From Mytilus californianus (taxonomy: Eukaryota), in assembly GCF_021869535.1 (NCBI RefSeq), contig NW_026262734.1, positions 47,306,001 to 47,370,000 of the forward strand: DNA of 64,000 nt, in the 5' to 3' direction. A program made the translations under genes and the position numbers. Positions 1-12,808 of this stretch are shown here, one piece after another. The notes under the pieces were generated by a model. The model was not told the DNA's origin and did not search any database. It was given only the letters and a program-made list of their open reading frames with translations. Each line of letters begins with the position of its first letter. Position 1 is the first letter of the stretch.

Positions 1-514
1 GATCGCACACTGCTTCAAACAAGTATTGTGATAACGAATTGTTTGCGCAAACAATACAAATATAATCGACCAAAAGGGATATATTTGGAATTTAAGATCG
101 AAACAAATGTTTGAGTCCATGAAAATGTATTTTGTCGATTTTTTTCTACTTTTATTGATTGGTTATATACCCTCATTTTAAGTCATTGACAAAAAAAATA
201 ATGCTTTTAAACCTTTCAAATGTAAATAAACATATTGTAAATTACAAGTGTAATTACTCTGTGGAACGTTTCTAAAGATTTTTTGGTAAATATTTTTGTA
301 TAAGTATTAACATAATTTTCTTACCACAGACTGTCATAAACAGACAGCTAAATATTACTACAGCCTTCATTATCACTAGTTTTCTGAAATAGAAAAAAAA
401 ATTCAGTATTGGATTGCCATTAAGTTAGTTGTACTCTAGACAAACATGATGCATGTGTTATGCTTGTTAATATGTAGTTTAGTTTATACGGCTCTTATCA
501 AAACGTGTTATTAA

Positions 515-557
515 AGAGTATATGTTCAAGCTCGTATACAAGTAAAAGAGTATATGT
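515..557. repeat. ~32-bp minisatellite, left part (interrupted by the Penelope-like insertion)
   Basis: Unit agagtatatgttcaagctcgtatacaagtaaa; the same unit resumes at 1646-1787. Confidence 0.75.
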
Positions 558-559
558 GC

Positions 560-1646
560 TTTGCTTCATAAAAAATAATGGCCAACGTAGATACAAGTAT
601 CTTCTCTTAGGGAAGGATAAATCGTACTTTGTAAAAAAATCACTCTGATTCAAACAAAAAATTCTGTGAAACTGACATTATCAAGATGCTTGATTTCTTG
701 ATTGACAACATTTGTTACGTTTGGAGGACGTGTTTTTCAACAAACAATCGGAATTCCTATGGGAACAAACTGTGCCCCTCTTCTTGCCGACTTGTTCCTT
801 TATTCATACGAGACTGACTTCATACAGGAACTTCTTAGGAAAAAAGAAAAGAAGTTAGCAGTATCATTTAACTTTACCTTCCGATGTATAGATGATGTTC
901 TCTTACTAAATAATTCAAAATTTGGTGACTATGTTGAACGCATCTATCCCATCGAACTTGAGATAAAGGATACAACAAGTACAGTTAAGTTTGCCTCATA
1001 TCATGACTTACATATAGAAATTGACAATGAGAGTCGTTGAAAACAAAACTTTACGACAAAAGAGATGTGTTTAGCTTCCCAATTGTGAACCTCCATTTCT
1101 ATGTAGCAACATTCCACCAGCGCCTGCATACGGAGTATATATCACCCAGTTGATACGAAATTCCAGGGCTTGTATTTCCTATCATGATTTCCTTGATAGA
1201 GGTTTGCTGCTCACAAGGAAGCTATTAAACAAAGAATTCCAAGTGGTGAAGTTGAAGTCATCACTTCGTAAGTTTTACGGACGCCATCACGAGTTGGTTG
1301 ACCGTTATGGAATATCCGTTTCACAGATGATAGCGAATATGTTCTTAATGTCGTAACTATAATCCCGTCCCCTTTTCCAGAATGTGACCTACCGAATTAG
1401 ACTTATTACCGGGTTTGTACTAATATGAGCAACACGACGGATGCTGCATGTGGAGCAGGATCTGCTTACCCTTCCGGAGCACCTGAAATCACCCCCAGTT
1501 TTTGGTGGGGTTCGTGTTGCTCAGTCTTTAAGTTTCTATGTTGTGTTTTGTGTACTATTGTTTGTCTGTTGGTCTTTTTTTTTTTAGCCATGGCGTTGTC
1601 AGTTTGTTTTTGACTTGTGAGTTTGGATGTCCCTCTGGTATCTTTC
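560..1646 (+). mobile_element. 5'-truncated, frameshifted Penelope-like retroelement (RT C-terminal half, thumb, 3' end)
   Basis: ORF 702-1040 has GIPMGTNCAPLLADLFLYSYE and FRCIDDVL (YxDD-equivalent). ORF 1150-1356 continues the thumb (LLTRKLLN..KLKSSLRKFYGRHHELV). Frameshifts near 710 and 1037. No GIY-YIG follows the RT, which fits a permuted (Naiad-like) or endonuclease-less PLE (inference). Confidence 0.85.
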
Positions 1647-1787
1647 GTATACATGTAAAAGAGTATTTGTTCAAGCTCTAATACAAGTAAAAAAAGAGTA
1701 TATATTTAAGCTCGTATACAAATAAAATAGTACATGTTCAAGTTCGTATACAGGTAAATGAGTATATGATCAAGCTCGTATTTAAGT
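1646..1787. repeat. ~32-bp minisatellite, right part (about 4 units)
   Basis: Repeated gtatatgttcaagctcgtatacaagtaaaa units. Confidence 0.8.
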
Positions 1788-4029
1788 AGCAATCTCTGCA
1801 CCATTACATCACTTCGGAATTATATACAAAACAGTACGGTTACAAAAACAAAAAAAGACAACTTGATGGGGTCTCAATACATTTATAGTAGGCCGAAGAT
1901 ATATACATGTTACATCATCAAAAGTTGTCTCTTTGAATAAATAGATATTTGGGATAAATCTCAATTCGACATTAATCCAACTACACAAAACCAAAGAACA
2001 ATTATAAGTAAACAAATGATCATTAAACCTTTAACATGCGTCTTAATGCTATGATCAGATGGTAGTCCACTAAAGTTGTAAATGAATTTAACAAAGACTT
2101 TTAAAGTCTTCCATCAATACATACTTTACTGGATATGATAACTAGTAGTACTATAATACCAAGCACTATTTAATATACAAAATTATCGTCTTAAAAATCA
2201 TTTAGATTTCTACGTTTGTCCTTAAGCACACCAAATTGTATTTATAGTAGTACAGTATGCTTTTATATCCCATGTTGCTTCTTTTGAAGAACCCACCTAA
2301 TATGTACTAAATAATCATCCTTATACAACATAATCAAATGACTTATTCTCTCGGTTTTTGCTTGTTATCTTGATTTGTAAGCCTTTACTAATAAACTCAA
2401 CATATTAACTTACAAAAATACAGGAAACGAATTGCCTATATTAAATTTTGGCTATTTACACGATGAAAACATTCTCTCAAATAAATTGTATCGTAATACA
2501 CTTACCTTTATTTCCAGTTGCAGTATACAGCTTACCAAATTGATGCCTTTTTATATCGTAAATGAAATATTGTGAGAACCAATGAGAAAAGCGCCTCCCA
2601 CGATTTAACCTGCTTTTGTATATTTTTGGTATATTCAGCAATATTATGAAGTACAATATGTAAACACTTGAAAGAAGAAAGTGTATTCAAAATACATCTA
2701 ATATCTTCTGGTTACACTGTCATGCAAAATTCTTTTCAAAAGATTTGTTTTTAAATTTAAAATTACCGGTTAGTATAGTAACATATCTGAAGTTTTTGAT
2801 GTGTTCAGAAATCTGCATTCATGTATGCATGTAGTGACATGTTACATCATCACTCCACATTATGGAACATAATAAAAACAACCATTGAGTGTTTGTCAAA
2901 CACGTTTTCTTAAAAGTATTTATTTATTTCTGAAAGAGTACGCTTAACTTTCTTCTATTATATGTGGTTTGTAGTTGGGAAATTTTTAACAGCTAGTGCT
3001 TTCTATTTGTTTTATTGCACATAAATGCAGGATTAATTTCATTACGACACCAACCGAGCAACACAGAATCAAAAGAAATCTTATTATGTAATAATTTAAC
3101 TGTAATTAATAAAGTAAAGCCTCTTTTATGTAATGCTGTACATAAATTTTCTTACTTTGTTCTTTATTAAAATGTCGGTAATAAACTGATAAAAATGATA
3201 GAAAAATATGACAATTTAAAGGAGTTTTATCGCGCTTTTATATTGATCTCAATAATAATGATGCAAGTTTGTATAATTAAAAAATACAATAAAGAGGAAC
3301 CACAAATATGACAGTTCCCAATTCTAGAATGTTTGCATTTACTAACGTGTTTAACCTGATTAAAGTCTTTGTATTAATGGTACACAATTTGTCAAGTAAA
3401 ATTGTTTCTTTCGCACGATTTCGACCCTTCAAGAATATATTTAATGATGGTATACTTACGTAGAAATAGTATTAAGATACAAAATAGGGTGTCAAAATTG
3501 ATTGCTTGATTGATTGATTAATATAATTATGCTTTAGGTCGCCTTATCAAAATTCACGAATCGATAAAAAAAAAACACAGAAGGACAATTAACAGCCGCT
3601 AAAAACACCATCTAAGTGAAGATGAATAACATCAACCTCATTAAAAGCACAGTATGGTCTGGAAAGGTAAGTAGTTCAGCATAATTTAAACATACATGTA
3701 CGTCATTATACGTGAAAAGTAACAGCTCGTTCATACGTCGCGTTTGGTGTTGATAAGATATAAGTCATAACAAACGTGATAGTGACGTAACAAAAATCGA
3801 ACATTTAATAACTGCCAACCTAGTAGTGATGTAATTTTTTCTTAAATTCAGTAGCCTTATTGCACGCAAGTACCCTATATAAATGAAATAAAACTTTATA
3901 AATTCCGTGCGTGCAAAGCGCTTTTATGAATTTATCTTTGTCGGGGAGGCTCAAACCCAAACAGTTGAAAAATATGTAAATAAGATATATCTTGACTGGA
4001 AACAAATCCTTTTAAAAACGTTTCAACTG

Positions 4030-4200
4030 GGGTTGATTGATTGCTGGTGATTAACGCCATTTTAAGCCCACATGCCTTTAACATGGTAATCAGTTTTTAT
4101 TTGTGAAGGAAATCCGATTACCAGAAGAGAACTACCGCCCTTTCGGCGGGAAACGGGCAATCCTCGAAATTTCAGAATTGGCAGACTAGTGACCTATGAA
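4030..4200 (-). mobile_element. SINE remnant (3' part, reverse orientation)
   Basis: ttgattgattgctggtgattaacgcca..tcagtttttatttgtgaaggaaatccga..gagaactaccgccctttcggcgggaaac; related to 56420-56620 and 63030-63120. Confidence 0.45.
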
Positions 4201-4674
4201 GCTGAAATACTTCAAACGCTTGGCCATTCGTTACATTACATTTCGAATACATCTTATATCTGCTGGTTACACTGTCATATGCAAAATTATTCAAAAGATT
4301 TGTTTTGAAATCTATAATTATCTGTTAGTATAGTAACATATCTAAAGTTGTTGATGTGTGCAGAAATTTGCATTAATGTATGCATGCATATAACGTGCTA
4401 TATAATCACTCCACCTTATTAAATATTATAAAATACACATTTAATGTTTGTCAAAAATAAGTTGAAGTATTTATTAATTTCTGAAAGAATACGCTAATTA
4501 CCTTCTAATATACAATGCATGCGTTTGTACTTGGGAATATTAAAAGCTACTGATTGAGTAGTGATTGCACTTGTTATTAATAAAATAAAACATGATTTAT
4601 TTAATGGTGTTAACAAATGTGCTGAGTTAGGTCTTTATTGAAGTGTCGGTAAAGATGCATGATACTTAGTTAAA

Positions 4675-5620
4675 AGGTAAAATAACAAAAATACCAAACT
4701 CAAAGGAAAATAATTTAAAACGGTAAGTCCCTTATCAAATGGAAAAATCAAAAGCACACACACATCAATGAATGGAAAACAATTGTCTTATTCCTGACTT
4801 GGTACATGCATTTCCTAATGTAGAAAATTGTGGAATAAACTTAGTGTTATAGCTAGCTAAACCTCTCACTTAGTCGCCTAAAATTCCATGTTATTGACAG
4901 CAATATGTGAGCAAAACATACAGACATAATAAGCAAAAATGTCAAAAATAGGGGTACAGCAGTCAACATTGTGTTATAATCTTAATCACTATAAAAACAA
5001 ACAAATATGTCAACAAAAAAACATGGCACATAGACAAAGCACATTAGCAAAAACAGATAGGAATACAAAAACATGACCATAGCACAATAACACAATAACA
5101 CAATGGCGGAATGTATAATACCGATCCACGCCAAAAGAAAAGTACCCAAAATGGACTAAACGGTAAAGGTTAATAATTTACAAAGACAAATAAAAGAACA
5201 CTATGACGCGTAATTAAGATGGTAAACAATCCCAGTACACATAATTCGATTAAGCAAAAACAAATCCGGGTAACAAACTAAAACCGAGGGAAGCACATCA
5301 ACTATAAGAGGAAAACAACGGAACAACAGAAACACTCAACTACAACAAAACCAAACGCCAACATACATAGAAACGGACTGTCTTATAACAACTACCATAT
5401 TCAAGACTTGGTAGGGTTGGTGGGTTGAACCTTGTTTTATTGCAAGCCAAACCTCACGCTTATATGGCAATATTAAAATACCCCTAAAATGACAACACTA
5501 TGTGCCAGGAATACAGTAGAAAAAAAACGCAAGAACACTCAGCACAAAGATATATATAAATGAATAATATAATAGTACATTACAACATGTTAACCGCAGA
5601 TTAACAAGGGACAACAGGAC
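4675..5620. repeat. Composite high-copy interspersed repeat (families B and C)
   Basis: aataacaaaaataccaaactc..cctgacttggtac (B), then caaatccgggtaacaaactaaaaccgaggg..aacatacatagaaac (C). C recurs at 7480-7910, 8570-8715 and 15770-16300. B recurs at 12055-12232, 18560-18782, 19815-19995, 29062-29170, 33420-33530 and 59213-59330. Confidence 0.7.
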
Positions 5621-7479
5621 ACCACAAACGAAATATAAACTGCGCGTCACATGAATGGATCAAACGTCACAAAAAGTGGCATATTTTTTGTGACGTTTAT
5701 ATTATCACAGGTTAATTTCTAAAAATGTCAAGTAACACCATTTCTTTCACACAATTTGGATCCTTTTACCTTTTAGAATATATTCAATGATGGTACACTT
5801 ACCTAAAAATAGTATGGAGATACAAAAGAGGAGGTCAAAATTGATTGATTGCTTGATTAATTGATTGATTTATATATGCTTTATGTCGCCTTATCAAAAT
5901 TCATGAATCGAAAAAAATACGAACAAAGACAACTGTCCCCAAAACACCATTTACGTGATGTTGAAATACATCAACCTCATTAAAAGCAAAGTATGGTCTT
6001 GAAGGCTAAACAGTTCTGCATACTTGGAACATATATGCACGTCGTTATGCATGATAAGTAACAGTCCGTTCATACGTCGCCTTCGGTGATATATATATGT
6101 ATATAAGTCATAACAAATATGATAGTGACGCAACGAAAAATCCAACATTTAAATACAGCAAATCTACTGGTGATGTCAGATGTTCTTGAATTAGTAGCCT
6201 TATTGCACGCAAGTATATGAAATAAGTGTTGTTTGAATGTTCCTAAAAAAACGACAATCATATATGTTGGCTAAAAGTTTCGTTCTTTTTTATACTCTCA
6301 CGGTAAGTGAAAGCCAAGAAAACAGACCAAGGTGTATCTGTCATATAAAATTCAATATGACATATGCGATCATCATACAAACCAAACTTCGTTTTCGTCT
6401 GTGATACGGACATAATATATATAGTGAACAGCGGGAAATATGAGTTTAAATACTTTCCAGACTAATCACTAAATGTTAGTTTTTTTGTTGTTGCATATTA
6501 AGTATTGTTTTACTTTAAAAAAAAAAAGAAGAAAAAGAAGAAGAAGCTCTAACTGCATACTGCTGATGAAACAAAATGTTTTATGTTAACACGAAAAGAA
6601 AAATGACTCCCTCAAATAATATGATGGTGTTATAGATAATTATCTTGATTATATAAACAGGTGCCTTTTCAAAAAAATATGAGAACTTAAACCAGATTAT
6701 TCTTAAGTACGTTTGCTGGTTAAATAAACCTTTCGATACAATATTTTGATTTTATAATTTCAATATTGTTCATGTATGTACATTTATACAAATAGATACA
6801 GATTTAAATTTGAAAACTCTAATTGTTTTGGTTACACTGAATGCTTTTAAACGATAAATATTAATCTATAACGCAATTTGCTTTGTTAATATTAATAAAT
6901 TATTTAAATCGTGTTGTGAATTACAAATGCTTAGTCTTTTTGTATATCTATACGACTGGCTTTTGAATTACATAATTTTGTCTAGGTCTTGTCACCCAAC
7001 CTTGCTAAAATGATGTAGTTTGCTGTGGCGGTGTACTTTTGACGAAATTAGCATATCTTTAATTTAGATAAATACTTCCTGCTCATCGATTTATCTCTAA
7101 CTACCAATCCTATGTACTTAGCCGAACCACTCTTGGCGTTAAGAAAAAGCAGACACGCCGATGACTGTCATTTCTTTATAAATACAAAAGGAAAGACGAA
7201 ATAAATGCTATAATTTCCCTTAAAAAAAATTTCATCATAGGTTGTTTGTGAACATGTAAATCAAATTTAAATGTATTATTAAGTACATTTTATGTCTGAA
7301 ATCATTACAAATAACTCCAAATCAAATTTCATACTTGCGTTGTTTATTTCGGCACGTTCGGATGTATTTTTCGTACTCTGACAATTAATTTCTGAAGTTA
7401 AAAAAATTCAAAATCAGCTATAATAAATACAAGTGTATGTAAATTTAGTCTATGCAAAGGCGTTCACTTTGAATTTAGT

Positions 7480-7910
7480 TTGAGGGGTTTGCCCCAAATG
7501 AAGACAACAGTAGTATATCGCTGTTCAATAGTCATGAATCGTTTTAACTGAAACAACTCCGCGTCACAAACCAAAACCGAGGGAAACACATCAACTATAA
7601 GAGAAAAACAACGGAACAACATAAATACTGAACTACTACAAAAACAACCGCCAACATACATAGAAACTGACTATTTGATAACAACTGTCATATTCCTGAC
7701 TTGGTACAGGACATTTTAAGAAAAAATGGTAGGTTGAACCTGATGTTATGGCTAACCAGACCCCACGCTTATATTGCAATGTTAAAAATACCCCTAAAAT
7801 GACAACATTACGTGACAGGAATACATTGAAACTAAACGCAAGAACACTCAGGACAGAGACATGCATAAATGAATAATATAATAGTACATTACAACATGTA
7901 AACCACAGAT
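7480..7910. repeat. Interspersed repeat family C copy
   Basis: Similar to 5230-5620; reverse complement of 8570-8715 and 16020-16300. Confidence 0.7.
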
Positions 7911-9353
7911 TTAGTTTTTTAACAAAAGTATTTAAATTGACCAACAATTATAGCACGTATTCACAATACAAGGATTTTAACAATTGTATTATAGATATTC
8001 AATCAATATTCGTTGAATTTCTGACCAACATATGATTGTAAGAAGAAGTAAATACAAAAGATAAATGTTATTATATGTAACATATGTAAGTAGCCAATAA
8101 AAAAAGAAAAAATTGTGATTATATGTAAAAAGTCAATAAAAAAGATGAATTTGGTTATATGTCGGTATCTTGACCTAGTTGTTTGGGTTGAACAGATTAT
8201 GATTTTATAAATCAGGCAGATTAAAGTTAAAAGGAATAACAATTTGTTTGCTTTTTAATGTGAACAGATATAGTTTTTAAAAGCCCTGGATTCAAACAAC
8301 GTAGTGGTAGTGGGTGTTGATACACGGAATATAAAGTGAGAAAAATATATATCGTCTAGTTCTACACATGTTAAGAGGACAAAACAATGGACCAAAGTCA
8401 AACATAGATCTAGGATCAGAGTGAAGTGGGTGTTGGCGTTCTATTTTTGGAAAATTCAGCAATAGTACGATGCAATACGAAAAAAGCTTGAGTAGTTAAT
8501 ATGTAATCTTATTCTGTTGGAATCATTAGTGTATGCAAAATTTTGTTCACAAGTTTATCTTTTAAATTTTGTTGTAGTTCAGTGTTTCTGTTGTTCCGTT
8601 GTTTTCCTCTTTTAGTTGATGTGTTTCCCTCGGTTTTAGTTTGTTACCCGGATTTGTTTTTGCTTAATCGAATTATGTTTATTGAACAGCGGTATACTAC
8701 TGTTGCCTTTATCTAGTATTTATTTCACTTGTACTTGAAAAGAAAGTAAAGCGTGTGTTTTATTTTATGTTGTACATTATTGGTTAAATACTCGTCTAAA
8801 TGAATATTTGAAATATAGGGGAAACAAGTTACATTTGATATGCAACAGCTTTACAATAATTACTTGGTGAAAACTCAGAACACTGTTATGATAGTATTAT
8901 GTTCTAGTATAGTCATTTGCAGAGACTAATTTCTGGAATAATGAATTTTACTCTAACGTTATAATTTGAAGCAGAAAATCTCCATTGTCGGGCAGTAGAA
9001 TTCCATCGCGGCATTGAAGAGTCAACGATAAGCGGTTTTTATCCCTGTTGATTAATGTTTGTGTTTATATAAAATTAGAAATTATGAAATGGTCTTATGC
9101 TTTCGAATAAAATTGTAATCAAACTCGATAATAAATTAAAGTAATACATAGTCTTCTTTTTACTTCTCACCACTGCTATGCACTGCACTGTTGCGAACCA
9201 GTATTTATACCACTTTACTTCCTAACGATGGAAATATCTCGTATTCAATTTTAAGTTGAAAATCAGATTTAGGCTTGCGGGAGTGCGTTTGAAGAAAAGA
9301 ATATAAATGAATATACATCATAAAAAAGACTGCAAGTAGTGATGTCTAGAGGT

Positions 9354-11252
9354 GTGTTGAGCAGCAACCCTCTGTCAAGAAAACCATGATCTTTAATATC
9401 TTACCAACTGGAAGATATATTCTATATATGCCCGGGACTTCTTTAATGTTAAATTAGTTCTTATGTGTAAGTTTAGAATGAGGAATTCTTGTGTGTATGA
9501 AGGATAACGACGTCAAATGTTTTATACTATTGCATGAGGAGAGGGATTGCGAGTTCTCCAACAGAACATTAAAAATGTTTAGCGTCCACATCTGATTCAT
9601 ATCTCCACTTGAGTAGATAGTTTCCAACAATGTCTAAAGCCTGATTTTTAAATGCTGTCGAGTTGGAAACAGGTTTCTGAGAGGTAGCTGGTCAGTTGTT
9701 TTTTTTCACATTTCTATACAAAATAAACTGATTATCACTTTAAATTCATCATTGTAAAGAATTGAACATTTGTATTTCAATGACATTCGTTAGTATCAAT
9801 TAAGTGGTTGTTGTTACCATAAAATATACCTTCCCTCCGAATTAAAAAAAAAATCTGAAATATTTCTTAACGATAGAGGCCTAATATGTAACTTCTTTGA
9901 TGAATTACAAAATAATTCAACCAAACATTGCATTCGTATCACAACAAGAAACAGATTGCATATGTATTTAGCTTCTACACTTGAATTTTGACTTTCAACA
10001 ATTTCTTTTTTTTTAACCGGAAGTTAACGATCCCTTGTTTAATACCTATATTATTATAGTTCATTTCAACTCTAATTATCAACAAATGTGAAACCAAATG
10101 GTGAACGTCCTTTTATAAATAAGTTGCTTTTTTCTTGTGCTATATTCATTTTTTCAAGATGTCGATAACGTTTTGAAGGCCGTTACTATTTACCAAGTTT
10201 TCTTATCATAAAAACAAAATCGAAGTTACATAGATAACTAATGATTCTTTGGCCAAAATGTGTGGAATGTATTGCCAGAGTTTGTATATATGTAGGTCTC
10301 GGAAGTGTTGAGCAGCAACCCTCTGTCAAGAAAACCATGATCTCTAATATCTTACCAACTGGAAGATATATTCTATATATGCCCGGGACTTCTTTAATGT
10401 TAAATTAATTCTTATGTGTAAGTTAAGAATGAAGAATCCTTGTGTGTATGAAGGATAACGACGTCAAATATTTCATACTATTGCATGAGGAGAGAGATTG
10501 CGTGTTCTCCAACAGAACATTAAAAATGTTTAGCGTCCACATCTGATTCATATCTACACTTGAGTAGATAGTTTCCAACAATGTCTAAAGCCTGATTTTT
10601 AAATGCTGTCGAGTTGGAAACAGGTTTCTGAGAGGTAGCTGGTCAGTTGTTTTTTTTCCACATTTCTATACAAAATAAACTGATTATCACTTTAAATTCA
10701 TCATTGTAAAGAATTGAACATTTGTATTTCAATGACATTCGTTAGTATCAATTAAGTGGTTGTTGTACCCATAAAGTATACCTTCCCTCCGAATTAAAAA
10801 AAAAATCCGAAATATTTCTTAACGATAAAGGCCTAATATGTAACTTCTTTAATGAATTACAAAATAATTCAACCAAACATTGCATTCGTATCACAACAAG
10901 AAACAGATTGCATATGTATTTAGCTTCTACACTTGAATTTCGACTTTCAACAATTTCGTTTTTTTTAACCGGAAGTTAACGATCCCTTGTTTAATACCTA
11001 TATTATTATAGTTCATTTCAACTCTAATTATCAACAAATGTGAAACCAAATGTTGAACGTCCTTTTATAAAATAAGTGGCTTTTTTCTTGTGCTATATTC
11101 ATTTTTTCAAGATGTCGATAACGTTTTGAAGGCCGTTACAATTAACCAAGTTTTCTTATCATAAAAAAAAATCGAAGTTACATAGATAACTAATGATTCT
11201 TTGGCCAAAATGTGTGAAATTATTGCCAGAGTTTGTATATATGTAGGTCTCG
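9354..11252. repeat. Near-identical tandem duplication, ~950-bp unit x2
   Basis: Unit starts gtgttgagcagcaaccctctgtcaag at 9354 and 10305 and ends tatatatgtaggtctcg at 10301 and 11252. Only scattered substitutions and homopolymer differences. Confidence 0.95.
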
Positions 11253-11259
11253 AATTACG

Positions 11260-11903
11260 ATGGGGACTCTGAAGTGCGATGGCCACGTTGAAGTTCGATG
11301 GCCACGCTGAGGTGTGATGGTCCGTATGTTCATGTACGATGGTCTTTATAACGCATGATGGCTAGTTTAAAATCTACAGATGTTCAATTATTAAGCCTAT
11401 GAGAAGTAGATTTTTTCAATAGTTAGTTGATAAATTTGCATTCGTTATTGTCGACGTATGTCCTTAGATTCAGTTGCATACTACATGAGAGATCGTTCTC
11501 TTTGATTTTCTACATGTGAACATAATTCTGCGTTAACATGTGATCTTTATTTGGTTTCTCTCGTGAGTTCCTCGTTTACCGTAATATTATAATACGGAGA
11601 GTCTGTCTTCAGAACCGTACGTATTTAGAAAATCGTACGTAAAAAAGAACCTTTTGTTGATTAAAAAAAAAATCGATATAAAAGGTTTACTTTCCCTCTC
11701 CACCAATCACTCTCCGTTTCCCGTAGTATTAAAAGTTCATAAGCCCCTTATTAACTTAAAAACCAGAAAAAAACTGCGTCAATCAAACAAATTGAATTTT
11801 CTACATCGACATGAAAAGCATTGATAATATAGTTTATGTAGTCCGTCGCACTTCAGCGTGACCATCGCGGTTCTGAGTACCATCGCAGTTCAGAGTCCTC
11901 CAT
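11260..11903. mobile_element. Non-autonomous TIR element (MITE-like, ~640 bp) with subterminal repeats
   Basis: Left end atggggactctgaagtgcgatgg; right end ccatcgcagttcagagtcctccat (inverted). Subterminal cgatggccacg repeats on the left and ccatcgc repeats on the right. Confidence 0.7.
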
Positions 11904-12623
11904 ATATGAAATATTAAGATACATAAAAATGTTGATTTAAAAACATGAATGTTTTATAATTTTCCTTCAAATTCATAGAGGTCAAACGTACTTAAATTTT
12001 CCTATAACCATTGGATATATATTGTAGACTGATATACCGTATAAATATTTATATTAGTGGACAATTAATCTCTCACCATTTTCTACATAAGGAAATGCCT
12101 GTACCAAGTCAGGAATATGACAATTCTTTTCCATTCGTTTGATGTGTTTGAGCTTTTGATTTTCCATTTGATAAAGGACTTTCCGTTTTGAATTTTACAT
12201 GGAGTTCGGTATTTTTATTTTTTTACTTTTTACCTAGGAATAGCCGTCACAATCGCAAGAAATGGAAATCATCGATCTATAATCAGATCCCTGTAGAAGC
12301 TACAGGTATTTCACCTGTGGATAACATCTTCAAATACGCTGAGTTAAATTACCACTTGCAAGTATAGCAACAACAAGAAGACTGTGATTGCTAACCTTTC
12401 GGAGTAGATATTAGTTCTCAACTAAGTCTCACTATCGCTGTATAATGTAAGTCAAGGCACAAAGTAGTCTTTGTTGCATCTGTAGTATCCGTTACGCTAA
12501 AAGAGATAGATGCGATCAACATTGTCACCTAAGTTTAGTAATTTAAAGTGAATGACATCATGTTTATTGCATACAACTTGAATATGACTCGATTTATTTT
12601 GTTTCAAAGTATCCATATAAAAC

Positions 12624-12808
12624 TAAGGAGATGAGGTATGATTGCCAATGAGACAACTATCCACCAAAGTTCAAATAAAGTGGATGTAAGCAATTATAGG
12701 CAACCGTACGGCTTTCAACAATGAAAAACCCATTCCGTTTAGTCGGCTATAAAAGGCCCCGACATGAAAAATATGATACAATTCAATTGAGAAAAACAAA
12801 CGGCCTCT
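12624..12808. repeat. High-copy repeat family A copy
   Basis: gatgaggtatgattgccaatgagacaac..ccgtacggctttcaacaatga..gctataaaaggcccc. Confidence 0.8.

Larger units (their letters stand above)
2690..6215. repeat. Old, diverged tandem segmental duplication (about 2690-3870 vs 4245-6215)
   Basis: Colinear blocks: 2692-2950 ~ 4247-4500 (atacatct..ctggttacactgtcat..caaaagatttgtttt) and 3390-3872 ~ 5727-6215 (tgtcaagtaa..ccttatcaaaattca..agtagccttattgcacgcaagta). The second copy is lengthened by repeat insertions. Confidence 0.8.

Noticed and set aside
1035-1042. TGA ending the RT ORF as a possible selenocysteine codon (some Naiad PLEs encode Sec)
   Set aside because: The RT continues in a different frame (TTG AAA ACA AAA CTT TAC GAC = LKTKLYD), so this TGA results from a 1-nt deletion and is not an in-frame UGA.
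1425-1654. Overlapping 62-aa ORFs, one hydrophobic
   Set aside because: They lie in the T-rich 3' untranslated end of the PLE. Hydrophobic or Lys-rich ORFs elsewhere (39118-39374, 39674-39952, 47521-47739, 52218-52475) likewise come from poly-T/A tracts and repeats.
6562-6600. ctgatga...gaaa as another hammerhead
   Set aside because: No stem II closing pair next to GAAA, no stem III/UH site and no stem I complement.
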